Part shown: one piece after another, positions 38,181-49,900 of the stretch | Layout of the letters: each line of letters begins with the position of its first letter | How positions within the stretch are numbered: position 1 is the stretch's first letter | Assembly: GCA_002269645.1 (NCBI GenBank) | Contig: NIVC01002201.1 | Location: forward strand, 140,277 to 204,276 | DNA length: 64,000 bases | Direction: 5' to 3' | Source of the DNA: Macrostomum lignano | Lineage: Eukaryota | Position numbers and translations under genes: made by a program | The notes under the pieces: model-generated | Databases searched by the model: none | Told to the model about the DNA's origin: nothing | Seen by the model: only the letters and a program-made list of their open reading frames with translations

Positions 38181-39606
38181 CTACAGACTGTCGCATTGAA
38201 TTTCCAACTCACTGCTGACGTTTGACTTCTCAGCTTGAAGCATCTCAAGCTTTTTCGCAATAACCCCGAGTTTTTTTCGATCCCGAATAGTCATCGAAAG
38301 GCTGCCGTTCTCCTTAATAGTAGCTTGCTCCAAACTGAACTGGAGATGCTCCGGACAGTCACTGTAATGAGCCAGGACTAGGAGCTCTTCTAGATCGGCG
38401 TCCTCTTGCATCTCATCGTACCAATCTTGAACGTTATAATCGTTTTTCTGAAGCAGCTCAGCTTGCAGGCTCCAGCCAATGCAACGGAAATTAAAGTACA
38501 AATGTGAGGCCCCAGCAACTGAAAGCCTTGCTGAGATGAGAGAACCAGTGATGGCCGGTAAGAAGTGAAACTGAGCCTCTTTTAGGCTGGGAATGCAGAA
38601 TCTCCAGGCCCAATCGGGACCACGATCGTCAAGCAGGCTTGCTGTAAGGCTTCCACTTGAACTCCACGCTCTTTGCACCCTATGACTGACAAGTTGTTGC
38701 GCTAACCTGGCTGCTTCAGCTCGATTTGACTGTCTTAACAGGGCTATTATTGTCAGGCACATCCGCGTACATTGAAATACCTCTGGTAGTGAATTTAGCC
38801 TAGAAAGTAGAAGGTCGATTTGACAAGTTTCTGATTGAAGATCATGGATGCACCTTTGAACTGTTCGATAGGCTTTTAAGAGCTTTGTCGTGCTGGTTGG
38901 ATCTACGTTGGAAACTGAGTTTGGCTGACCGGTCAGTGGCAGCAGAGTGAACGGGTGAAAGAAGAAGCAATTTGAAGTGAGCGTATCGACATGATTTCGG
39001 ATGGAATCGACAACAAGGTTTACGTCATTTCGCAGCTTCGACAAGAAACGTCTAACTTTTGATTTAGTAGAATTAAAGTCTCCACAAGTTGTGCCAGCAT
39101 TCTTAAAGTAAAGTGAAACGTTTTCCATAAAGAAGTGCGGCATGCAAACGTCCCGAGAATGGCTCCAATCAAGAAACTGAAGCATGAGATCCAGAGACTC
39201 CTTGAGCAAGGTAACAATGTTGAAGCTTTGCCAAGCAGTAGTATCAGAGCTATATACTTCTCCATCATAAAGAAAAGCAAGGTTTTTGCGTGATAGGTTT
39301 TCAGCCCTCGCGTATTGAATTCTTTTGGTAGCTGATGCTTAAATATGAATTTGAGGAGAATGAACAATTGGCCTTGAATTGAGTTCAAGCTCCTCATAAT
39401 TTGCTTCTCGTGCAGGCTGAAGCTAATCCTCAATTCGTTTGATTTATTGGGTCTATAAGCTCTGACTAGATGCACATTGACTGGCTGAGGGATGATTAAC
39501 TGACGAATTTTCTCTTCGCAAAGGCTGCTACAGCATGGAAACGCTTGGCATGTGTCCTGGGCTGGTCGAACGCCGCATCCGTCAATTCTCACAGCCGGAT
39601 TGCCAC
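38181..39606 (-). CDS. Exon 3 of repeat-ANK-cGLR gene: third catalytic Asp, Mab-21 C-lobe and helical extension (1-nt frameshift near 39255)
   Basis: Acceptor cttcag|GT at 39607, phase 1. QDTCQAFPCC, ELRISFSLHEKQIMRSL, LKTYHAKTLLFF (Mab-21 signature) and CMPHFFMENVSLY. Stop at 38181. Confidence 0.85.
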
Positions 39607-40728
39607 CTGAAGTTAGCAGTTTGCATTTAATTTTATGCGATTTTTAGCGCACGGGTGGGTGTATTTTGATGCCTGACTTTGTTTTCAGATAAAATTAAAA
39701 TTAACAGAAGCTCACAGAAGGCACGATAAAATAAGAAAACAGCCATGGTATAGTGTGCTAATTTAAATTAAACAGCAATACTTTTAGTTGTCGGTTTGAG
39801 ATCCTTCACAAATTATTTTCTATAGCTATCTCCAAAGTGGGAGCGTATAACTCGTTATTTGTATATTATTTTGCCGCCAGCTGTTTATTTAATCTATGCT
39901 CTTGATCTCTAACTGTAATTTCATGTGTTTTATTTGCTCCATGGCCCGACCAAGAAGTTATGAGCAGCAGGCAATCCCGAATATCTCTTTAGTTCTTCTT
40001 TGACTTCGAAAGGTACGAAATATGCGAGTACAAACTGTCAGTCTCTCGGTTTTTAATTGTCAACAACCGAAGGACAGAATTTTCTCAGTTTTTTGTTTTA
40101 AATTTTCGGTTTTCACGCACCAGGTTAAAATTTAATGTACCGATCGACTTCTGGTTGCAAATTAAGCTAGTAGCTACGAGCTACAAGTAAGCGGTTTCCT
40201 TCAATGTTGTTTAAGAAGTTTCTTCGACATAAACAACTGAATTACGAGTAGAAATAAGCTAGACTTTTCTCTTAGAAAGTTTTCGTAGAGCTGGAGGCCG
40301 ATAAGGAACGTATACTCCTCAGAACCTTAAAAAATGTAAATCTACAACCAGAGAACGGATAAATTCGGTCAAAATAACTTGCATTGAAAAAACCCGATAT
40401 ATAGTGGCTTAGTAGTTCAGTTGTCTATGCGGGTAAGCAAGCAAAGTTTCGCTGAAGTTTAATTTAGTCGTTACACAAAGTAAATTTTTGTGAAATGTTT
40501 GCACATAAAAACTGTATTTTTTACGCTTTCACTTATTTAGTTTGATAAACTTTGGATAAAGCACGTACGACGTACTTGCTTCATTTTCACTCACAGTTCT
40601 CGAGTACAGTGTCATTTTAATCAAGTTTTCTGGGTAGTTCGAAAGTGACTTAACTTTCTTTCGTTTTATGTCGATACAATCGAAATCTTGAACTTTCAAA
40701 GACAATTCTGAATTGAGTTCGAACTTAC

Positions 40729-41090
40729 CAACGATAGTTGATACTTGTGTATGACCATCCACCAATGTTAGTCTAGCGACGCCTGCGCATTTACAGCCGC
40801 CTTCAAGATGGAATAATTCGTCACCAGCAATTACGGTCCAGTCGATGTCAGAGTCTGACGCTATTTTTCCATTCAAATGTTTTAAACTGAAGCCCCAGCC
40901 TTCAGAGTAGCTTCCAGTCATGTATCGTGATTCCTGCGTGAATGCCTGAACTAATTCTTCCAGCGAATCAGCAACCTCATGTTGAAAATGTACCCTGGTG
41001 AGCTTGAAGCCAGCATTGTTGAGCAGACGATGCAGATCTTCGCTCAGTCTCTCATCAACTTGTTGTTCCTCAGCTAGAAGTTTCGCGAAT
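40729..41090 (-). CDS. Exon 2 of repeat-ANK-cGLR gene: nucleotidyltransferase catalytic motif
   Basis: cttaag|A TTC GCG... opens FAKLLAEEQQVDERLSEDL..MTGSYSEGWG..ASDSDIDWTVI (GS..DxD Pol-beta superfamily signature). It ends GTT G|gtaagt at 40728, phase 1. Confidence 0.88.
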
Positions 41091-41337
41091 CTTAAGAATA
41101 GAGCAAAAATGAAAATTGAGTTTCAAATCAAGTTAACCTTGTAATACCGCAAAATTCTATTTAAAACTGAATAGAATACACACTCACTTTGGTTGATTAA
41201 CTTGTAACTCAGTTTCTTGTCTGTACTGCTTCCTTTCGTCTGTAATCCTATGGAAGAAATGAGGAAAATTTATCCGAAACATTGCAGCACTTTAAATTGC
41301 CTATAATTATTGTTGATTTAATCAAGGTTTAACTTAC

Positions 41338-43754
41338 AACGCAATCGAACCAATATGATGTTGAAGTTTTTCAAGCACATCAAAATGTTGGAATTGTTCA
41401 GCCAACTGAGCACAGCTCTGTCCGTTCCGGTCACGATGTTCGATGTCTGATCTGCTATCGATCAACGCCATGGCAACTCGAAAATGACCAGCAATGCAGG
41501 CTCGAGACAACGCAGTCCTACCGAACTCGTCCTGAACACTTACCGATGCGCCTTGAGCGAGTAGATGCTCTGCTAATTCGCACTGTCCAGAATCTGCGGC
41601 TAGCATTAGCGACGTGCTGCTCGAATCGATCGGTTCGTCAATTTGTTTCAAGTGTTGCAGCAGGTTAAATACTATTGGAACGTAGCCATCCGAGATGCAC
41701 TTGGCCATAAGCCTGAGATGTTGCGCGTGAGCTAAGTGAGGCAGAATCTGCTCAAGTGCAGGAATTTTATTCTCATTTGAGCAGCTTATTGCGCTGCGCA
41801 CTAAATCGTGCAGCATCCTGTCTTCAAAAATGAATTCGCAATTTTCGGGACTGAAAATCTGCTTTATTTTGTTTCGACCAGCGAATTGTAGAATGCCTAA
41901 AACAAAATTCCAATGGCCATGCGAGATTGCAACCTTTACGACCTCAATGCAGCAAAGGTTTTTGCTAGCTTCGCAACTAATAACTAGAAGCAAACGTTTG
42001 ACCACTTCAATTTGGCTTCTTGCTGCAGCGACTTTAGCTGCCTCTGTGCAGAGCTTCTCTTTAGCCGTTTGGTCTGAAACTTCTTGCACCATGCTGATCA
42101 CCATATCCCACGAGCGCTGCCGGGTAGCCGTCTCGACCAAGCGAATCCAGCAGGCGTCCCTGGTGCTTGGTTCACTGATGCTCCTAGCAGCAGCCTGAGC
42201 TTGCTCCCAGCTGGGCCGAGTGTATCTAGCTGCAATAATTGCCAAGTCGGCGCTGCATTGATCCTTCAGTGGAAGTTCGCTGATTGTTGTCCTGGCTAGG
42301 TTAGCCATCTCCCAGTTGCAGTTATGGGCTGCTGCTTTGGCGGATTCAATGCAGGTGAATATAACAATGCCTTTGTCTTTTATTTCCGCTAGAAAATAAT
42401 CAAATTCACCTGACGCGCCCAGTCGAGAGGCAGACTTTGCAGCGCTGCTGCAGGCATGGCTTCGAACCGATTGATCTGCTATCAGACCCGCTGTGTACTT
42501 ACTCGTCTTCCAGTCTCTTCTAGAAGCGGCAGATTTCATGATTACTGAGCAGCACTCATCTTTCAGATTTGTGTCAGAAATACTTTCGAGTTGCTGCCTA
42601 ATAAATTCTGGTTTACTAAACTCGAAAGCGGATCTGGTCAAAATGGAAACGCGTAGTTCTTCCTGTAGACGTTGATCAGAAATTGTTGGTAATAATTGGT
42701 GCACAACATTCCGATGGCCTTGAGATGCTGCGGCTTTAATAGAGTTACTGCAGCATTGGTCCTTATGATTAGGATCCGAGATGATGCTCAGAATGCTGGA
42801 CACAACTTCGGCATAGCCTTGGCTAGCAACATAGGAACAAATCTTATTACAGCAATCGAGCCTCACGTTGTCATTAACTATGGATTTAACGAGGCCAATA
42901 ACTGTAGTCCACTGGCTCTGGAACTTCGCCGGCCATTCAATGTCCTCGAGGCGAATGTCACTTGATTTCTCCTTGTCAGTCAATAAGTTAACGTACGCAG
43001 CCATCTTGTCACGATAGTGTGACGCCGCTGATGCGGCCGCTTTGCGACAAAATTCATCTCTGGCGTTCGGATCGGACATGAGGTGGACTAGATTAGTGAC
43101 TAAGCTCCAGCGATCTTTCTCGCTAGCAGACATTGCTGCAATAATGCACACGGAATCCCGAATTTTCAAATCTGAGACGAGTTTAACAACTCTCAAGGCC
43201 GTTCTTTTCTCGCCCCACTTGGCTGCCCGTTGAGCCAATTCAGAGACGCACTGCAGCTTCAGGTCTTCATTTTGAATGATCGTTATTACGCGAATGGCCA
43301 CGGCCCATTGGCAATTTTTGGCTAGCATTCTAACCGCGACTGCACAACGATGATTTCTCATACGTCTATTGTCGATCGCTACTAAAAACTGGGCCATGGA
43401 TTCCCAGCGACAGTTTCGTTGTGAAATATCTATCAGCTCCAGTAGGAATTCGTCCAAATCTTCAGCGTTCAGTTTCTGATTGACTGACAGAACATTGAGA
43501 ATCTGTCTAACCGTGAAAGCGTCTCCGTTTTCAGCTGCGGATCGAGCCATTTGACAGCAGGCGAGCTGAAGGTCGTCTCGAGATCCAAACAGGTCAATAA
43601 GTCGGACTATCGTCGGCATGATAAATGTGCAGCGATTTTTAGCGGAAGCTTGCCGTAACAGACAAATATTTCTGCTTTGCCTCGAATACGTCTCGCCCCG
43701 CGATCTATTTGTATTAGTTGGCACATTACAAAACGTGCGTTTGCGTTTTACCAT
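41338..43754 (-). CDS. Exon 1 of repeat-ANK-cGLR gene: ~17 degenerate 33-aa helical repeats plus 3 canonical ankyrin repeats
   Basis: An 805-codon open frame with periodic ISD....D.C...A..AA..G.W..V..L, then SLMLAADSG, FGRTALSRAC and NGQSCAQLA. It ends TT|gtaagt (donor 41337, phase 2), matching the phase-2 acceptor at 41091. Confidence 0.85.
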
Positions 43755-44819
43755 TGAGCCGTTACTACCGATTTCCTCAAATAAAATCTAGACTGTTGCA
43801 GAGTATGCTGGATGTGTTACTGCCTCTGATTTTTGACGAGCGATACACTATATCGTTCTTTTTTACATTACAGAGAGCTAAACTATCATGCCACGGAAAT
43901 GCGGCCATAACTGTAGACTACTCGTGTGCATGTACAGGGGTAAAGTAACAAAAATACGTACTGCTCAATTAAAGCATGACGTACACAGCATTCTAAGACC
44001 ACTGCAGAGAACTTGTGCTGATAGAAACACTGTCGACACAGATAAAAATTTGGTCTGTATTTTTTACCCCAAATGCGACTTCATGATTTGTATAAGTTGA
44101 TTGAACTTGCAGACACAAATTGAAAGATACATGGGTACACTTTCACATGTAGCCGCATGGTGGCACTTCATGCGATCACCATTAGTTACCCAGCGTCACC
44201 CCAGATACATGTAATTTACATGTACACGAGCTAACTCATATTGCGTACTGCATATACGTACCCCCGAATTATTCTTGCCAAGAAACAACAAGTAAATGTA
44301 AGCTCACATGAAACTGTACATGTATATGGACTATATACATTTACACTGTACAGTTCAGTTGAGTCAATATATCTACATGTATGGTGATTCTTGATCTGTG
44401 GGCGAGCAGTTTAGGTCCAATAGGTAAAGAGAGGGACGGCGAGACAAGCAGGGAGAATTTTGAAGGTGGAGCTAATCCGCAGATTAACTAACCCGCTGCC
44501 AACAGCCAGTGCACCGGCTCACCAAACCGGAGCTTTCGAAATCGGGCTTCTGGCTTCCGGCTTTGCACTTACCAGCCAACGAGTGTCTTTTTGCTGTCAT
44601 TCTCGAAGTCATAGCCGATGATAAGGGACACCGCTGGGACTCGATCGTATTGGCCATGCAGGGACGCTGATGATAGACTAACTCGAACTTTAGAGATGTT
44701 GCTGCGGGCTGGCTAATTTTGCCCGAGCAGATTTAGTTATATACTCGTAGATGTATCCCCCAGTTGCACTGGTGCAGCAGTCTATGGTTTAATTGTTTAT
44801 TTCATTTATTTGCACTGGA

Positions 44820-46450
44820 CTTTGACTTACTTAGCTGCAGGGCTGTCCCGGAGGGGACACAGCGGGAAGGCGCGGGCGCCCATTCCGCTAGTCCCTGAAC
44901 GGCCGACGCGTCGCTATGGACGGAGGGTTGGCGCCGCCCAGGGAGGTCCCCCAGTGTCGCCAGCAGCTATAGTGCTCTCTGGAAAGGAGAGTTCAGCCCT
45001 GCGGGTGGCCCGAAGGTAGCGCATGAGCTGATTAAAGTTTTCGGGTTTGCACGCTTCAGTAATAGATGTGTGTGGCCCGAGGTAAGTGAGTCTGGCCCGC
45101 GTGAAGGCGGGACAGATGCTGACGAAATGCTCAGCGGTTTCGTCACCTGAGTTGCAGAAACTACAGGTGGCGTTGGTGGCGTTGCCCTGCAGGTACTGGT
45201 GCCTGGAGAAGCAGCCGTGACCAGAGAGGGTCATGGTGGCAGCCCGGATGTCTCTGCGCGAGAGGCGCAAGAGGAGCTTCCGGAGCTGGTGAGAGGGCTG
45301 AGGGACAGCGCCTCTGGATTGCCTGCAGTTCGTGCGGTTCGCCCAAGTCGAGCGGTGCTGAGTCCTGATCCACGCTTTGATGCGCGAGTCGATGACACAG
45401 CCAGGAATTGGGACAAGAGGTTCGGGGCCGAGAGAGGAGCCGGAGGCACCAAATTTTGCAAGGGTGTCAGCCAACTCATTTCCTCGGATCCCCACATGCC
45501 CCGGAACCCACTTAAGGGTAATTTTGTTGGCGGAACCCAACACGTTGAGGAGTTTGATACAGTCGAGGACTGTAGCAGAGTTGGTGCTGCAGCCACTGAT
45601 GGCGTGCAAGGCAGCTTGGCTGTCCGAATGGAAAATGATGTTCTTACCAGTAACGCCAGTGGCGAGAAGCTCTGCAGTGCAGGAGCTGATGGCCAGAACT
45701 TCATTTTGGAAAACACTGAAGTTGACCCCAGTGTATTGAGCGTGGGTAGCGATGACCCTCCCGTTCAGAAAGATTCCAACACCAAAGCCGGTGTTGGCTG
45801 ACTGCTTAGAACCGTCGGTGTAGCAATGAAGCTCACCAGGGTTCCATTGGTCATTGATGTTATCGCGCGAGTCGATAGCTACGGAGTAGCGCTGTCTCAG
45901 GTTGAGCGTTGAGGCAATGCCATCGGTGAAGACGCGATTGGCCTGACACTCGTTGAGAAAGTTGAGGCACAGATCGCTATGCGGGACAAGGTTCCGCTTA
46001 GCAGGTGCTCTCATGTAAATGAATTTGACGCCGGCATCAATTAGACGCCGCGTCGTTCTAGCCGCCTCACCCCTGATGAAGAGGTCAAGAGGCGGAAGAT
46101 TAAGGAAGGCCCCCATGCCAGCAAAGGGCGTGGACCTGGTGGCGTTGCAGATGAGCCTACACGCTCTGCCTTGGATCGTGTTGAGCAGGTCTGCATGGCT
46201 TTTGACCTGGGTAGCGCTAACCCAGACAACAGAGGCGTACGTAATGGCAGGTCTAACTACGGAAGTATAGATCCACCAAAGCCGCTTTGGGGATAGACCC
46301 CAAGAAGTGCCAAGTGCTCGTCGGAGCTGGGCCAGGATGGCTGAGGCACGCTTGGCTTTTGCTTTCACGTGGGAGGACCAGTTGAGCCGGTGGTCAAGTA
46401 TGACCCCGAGACATCTGGTCTGGTGCGCGAAGGCAATATCTCTGCCTTCA
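44820..46450 (-). mobile_element. 5'-truncated copy of RNase H-bearing LINE (LOA/R1/I-group like)
   Basis: Near-identical to 51249-52877. Encodes the RT C-terminus, RNase H (YTDGSK, SDSQAAL, WVPGHVGIRGNELAD) and CCHC (CSFC..H..IC). Tail taagtaagtcaaag. 12-bp TSD atttgcactgga at 44808-44819 and 46451-46462. Confidence 0.96.
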
Positions 46451-46975
46451 ATTTGCACTGGAACTGAGTGCAAATAAATGGTAACTGATGGATACATCAA
46501 ATATTCCCCATTTATACCCCTTTTGGCCGCGCCGAATAAGTCTACATGTATGTTCCAATGTAAAAGACGTTTATCTGTCCCGGCCAAATAAACGATTCAA
46601 CTAAATAAGACAAACGAATAAGCCACAAGAAAGGACTCAAAGAAATACATGTATTTACAAGCAACAGATTATAAAAGTGAGTCAATGTGTCCTAACAGAT
46701 CAACTCAATCAAAGTAGACAATCAACCCGCACAACTCCACATTGACCTCCCCCCCAAATCACAGAACTCACCAGTTGTCGTGAACATCACTACCAATCAC
46801 ACCTTCAGACCAGAGTTTCTCTTAGGACGTCGGCTCTCATTGAATTCCCCGTCCTTCCAGAGGCTCCATGGCTTTCCATGGTTGAACAAGTAGTATTGCA
46901 GCATGCTGAAAATAATTCTTCAACGTAGAAGCGCCATAGCGATCACCACATTAATTTCGGATCTCTAAGATAAAA

Positions 46976-49900
46976 AACGCACGCGAAGGTGTATTCAGCA
47001 CGCCAGTGAAGTATGAGACAGACTAGGCCTATGGGCTACGGTCTGTGATTCTTCACGCCTGCCCCTATCTTTGGCAGGTCAAGGCTGGTGGGAGGTCTGC
47101 ACCCTCTATTTGCCTCTGGCAGCCGCAGACCCCCCCCCCCACGCTGTCTCGCAAGTCGACCCAGGGTACTCGTCCCCGCGTGTGTTCAAGGCAGACCCTA
47201 GGGCTGCTGGACAGACTGGGCTCCGGCGCTGGCGACCCTATCCAGTGCCTTCGGCCGAATTTGGGTATGCGGGTCTGGCTCGCCAACCTGCAGGCCGTGG
47301 TACTGCTCAACGTACTCTCTAATGCCCAAGGTGTTGACCGTGCCGATGGGCTGGAAGGCCAGGGAGTAGTCCGGTCGCAAGCGGTCCCCCTCCTGGTCTC
47401 GGGCCAGCCTTGAGGGTTCTATTGGCCTACTGCCCGGTCAGGTGGAGCGGCCGGGTGGGTACCGCGCCCCTTTGAGGGTAGCCCACCAACCTTTTATCAT
47501 GGCCTTCGAGCCGACTATGGATAACCAAGCTTTTTCTAGGGACGGGGACCCTTCTAAACCCCAACCTCAGTCCGAAGGACCGGCCGGCCCTGCTGGCAGA
47601 TCCCAACCGACTGATTCAACTGTGGCAAAGGAAGGACCGGCTGGCTCTGCTGGTAGGTCCGACCAGAGCTACCAAACTCAAAATGCCCAAAGACCTGCCA
47701 GCTCCGCTGGTGGATCTAAGGGAACCGCGAGCTCTGAGCCTAAAGGACCGGCCAAATCTGGCAGATCCGATGAAGCTCAGCGGGCTCGGCTTGAGCGCAA
47801 ACGCGCTAAACAACGCGCCAAAAGGCAGGCCAAGAAGGGAGCTGCGGGGGCCAAAGTGGCGGCGTCCACCATGGATGCTGAAGCGACTGGAGTCCCAAGG
47901 CAACCAGGCGGGCCGGCCGGTGGAAGCTCCAGTAGTTCAGCGGCGGCGCTCCCTGGAGATGCTGCTGCGGCTGCTGAGGCCGAAACCACGGCGCAACAAA
48001 TGGCCACTGCCAACAAGGAGGTTCCTTCGGGAGCTACCTTTGCGGCGAAGGCCAAGGCCAAAATCCCGGGAGTGATCATCCAAGGTCGCGACCAGGACTG
48101 GACCACTGATCAGCTTCAAAAAGTGTGGAGTGCTGTTGACTCCTATCTGATTGGGCTGACTGTCGAGGAGGGAATCTCCATCGGCATTGAGCGGATGGTG
48201 CTGCGAAGCACATTCGTTCTTATTGCTCCTAGCAGCGAGGAGGACGCTCGGCAGCTGCTCCAGCGGCTACCGACGGTCTCCTTGGATGCTGACCTTGGCG
48301 GAGCTCTTTTTCTTCGCGAGGGCCAGCGTCCAAAGACGATACCTATGTGGTTTTCGTCCCTGCTAAGAGCACCGCAGCTGGACCAGACGTTATCCGCCGG
48401 GTCCTACTGCGTCTGAACCTCCCTGCTAGTGGACTGGTGTATCACCGCAAAGTCCACAGGGGGGAGACGGGCAATTCAATTGTCCTCGGCCTTTCCAGCA
48501 CTTGGGCGAGTCGGTACCCTAATGGATCCTCTTTCCAGCTGGGTGCCCTCAAGCTCAAGATGCGCCGAGGAAAGTCTGCCAAAGGGAAGGCTACTGCCAA
48601 CCCCGGCATCTCCGGCAAGAGCGGGGCGCAGTCTAAGGCCCAAGGAAAGGCGCAAGCCGATCCCAAAGCCAAAGCTGCGTCTCGCCCCTCTGCTAGCAGC
48701 AGTTCGGCGACCGCGGTAACGGCTCCGGCCAAGCCCCGGGAACCAAACCTGCTAGTCGGAGAAGGAGTTGAGGACGAGGCCGGCTCTTCGGAATCCGAGC
48801 TCTCCTCGGCCACCCTGGTGGGGTCTGAAGGTAAAGATGCAGGTGAGAAAGCTTCCTCCATCCTGTCATCGGAGCCTGAGGACTCTGCTGGGGGGGGGGG
48901 GCCGGTGGGGGTGAGGAGGCCATGGACGTCGACCAACTCCCATCTCCCAGTCAAGCCCCAGCGGCCTGGGACGAGGACGATCTGTTGTCCAAGTCTCCTT
49001 GATGGCCCTGGGCTCTAGCCAGACATTGCATTTAATACAGTATGACTAAGCTCCACGCTGCCAAAGGAGCGACATTCTGTCTGCAAATAAATTTACAGCA
49101 TTGCGTATCTGCGGAAGTAAATCTGATGAAGATTGCTGAGCTGTACAGGCCAGGCCTCATCCTGATCCAGGAACCCTGGATGCGCAACGGTAAGTTGCCC
49201 AACATTCCCTCTGGCTACTCTGATTTTTATGTGTGTGGCCCGGGGAACAGCCGCCCTAGAGCGGCTATCCTCGCTGCTAGCCATCTCCAGGCTTGGCTGA
49301 GGACTGATCTCTCTGATGGAGACCTTTGCGTCATCCAATCTAATCATCTCTCTCCGCGTACGTGTCTTGTTGCCTCGGTTTATATCCCAGGCGACAGAGA
49401 CCCTGCTCCCGAGAGTTTACTGCGCCTTGCGCAGTACTGCGAGTCCCAGAACGCTGAGCTGTGCTTAGGGGGCGACCTCAACGCGCACCACAAGCACTGG
49501 GGCAGCAAAGATACCAACACTAGAGGAGAGGAGCTTCTGGCCCTCATCTCTAACACAAACCTCATGCTCTGCAACCGCGGCAGCACTCCTACCTTTAATA
49601 ATGGCAGATGGACCGAGGTCCTCGACGCCACACTCGTTACCCCAAGACTCTTTGACAGAGTTGAGGAGTGGAGAGTCTGGTCTGAGGAGCCCTCCCTGTC
49701 TGACCACTGCTTTATCGCCTTTAACATCGCGGACACTAAAACCCAGTATCCGATCACTTGGAGGCGCAATATCCGCAACACTGATTGGGCGGCCTACAAG
49801 GCTGCCCTTGATCTGCACCTGCAGGAACTCACGGACTTACGTCCGATTGAGACCTGCGAGGATGTGGATCATATGGCTGAGACGCTGACAGGTTGCATTA

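Noticed and set aside
38181-41090. Bacterial CBASS/CD-NTase or horizontally acquired operon interpretation
   Set aside because: The gene has spliceosomal introns and Mab-21-type C-lobe motifs, sits among animal genes, and has no Cap effector neighbours.
47348-47470. Possible HDV-like ribozyme (P1 gggctgg/ccagcct)
   Set aside because: L3 would be 10 nt, there is no GG for P1.1, and there is no catalytic C-R-A junction before a P2 strand. The fold is not supportable by eye.
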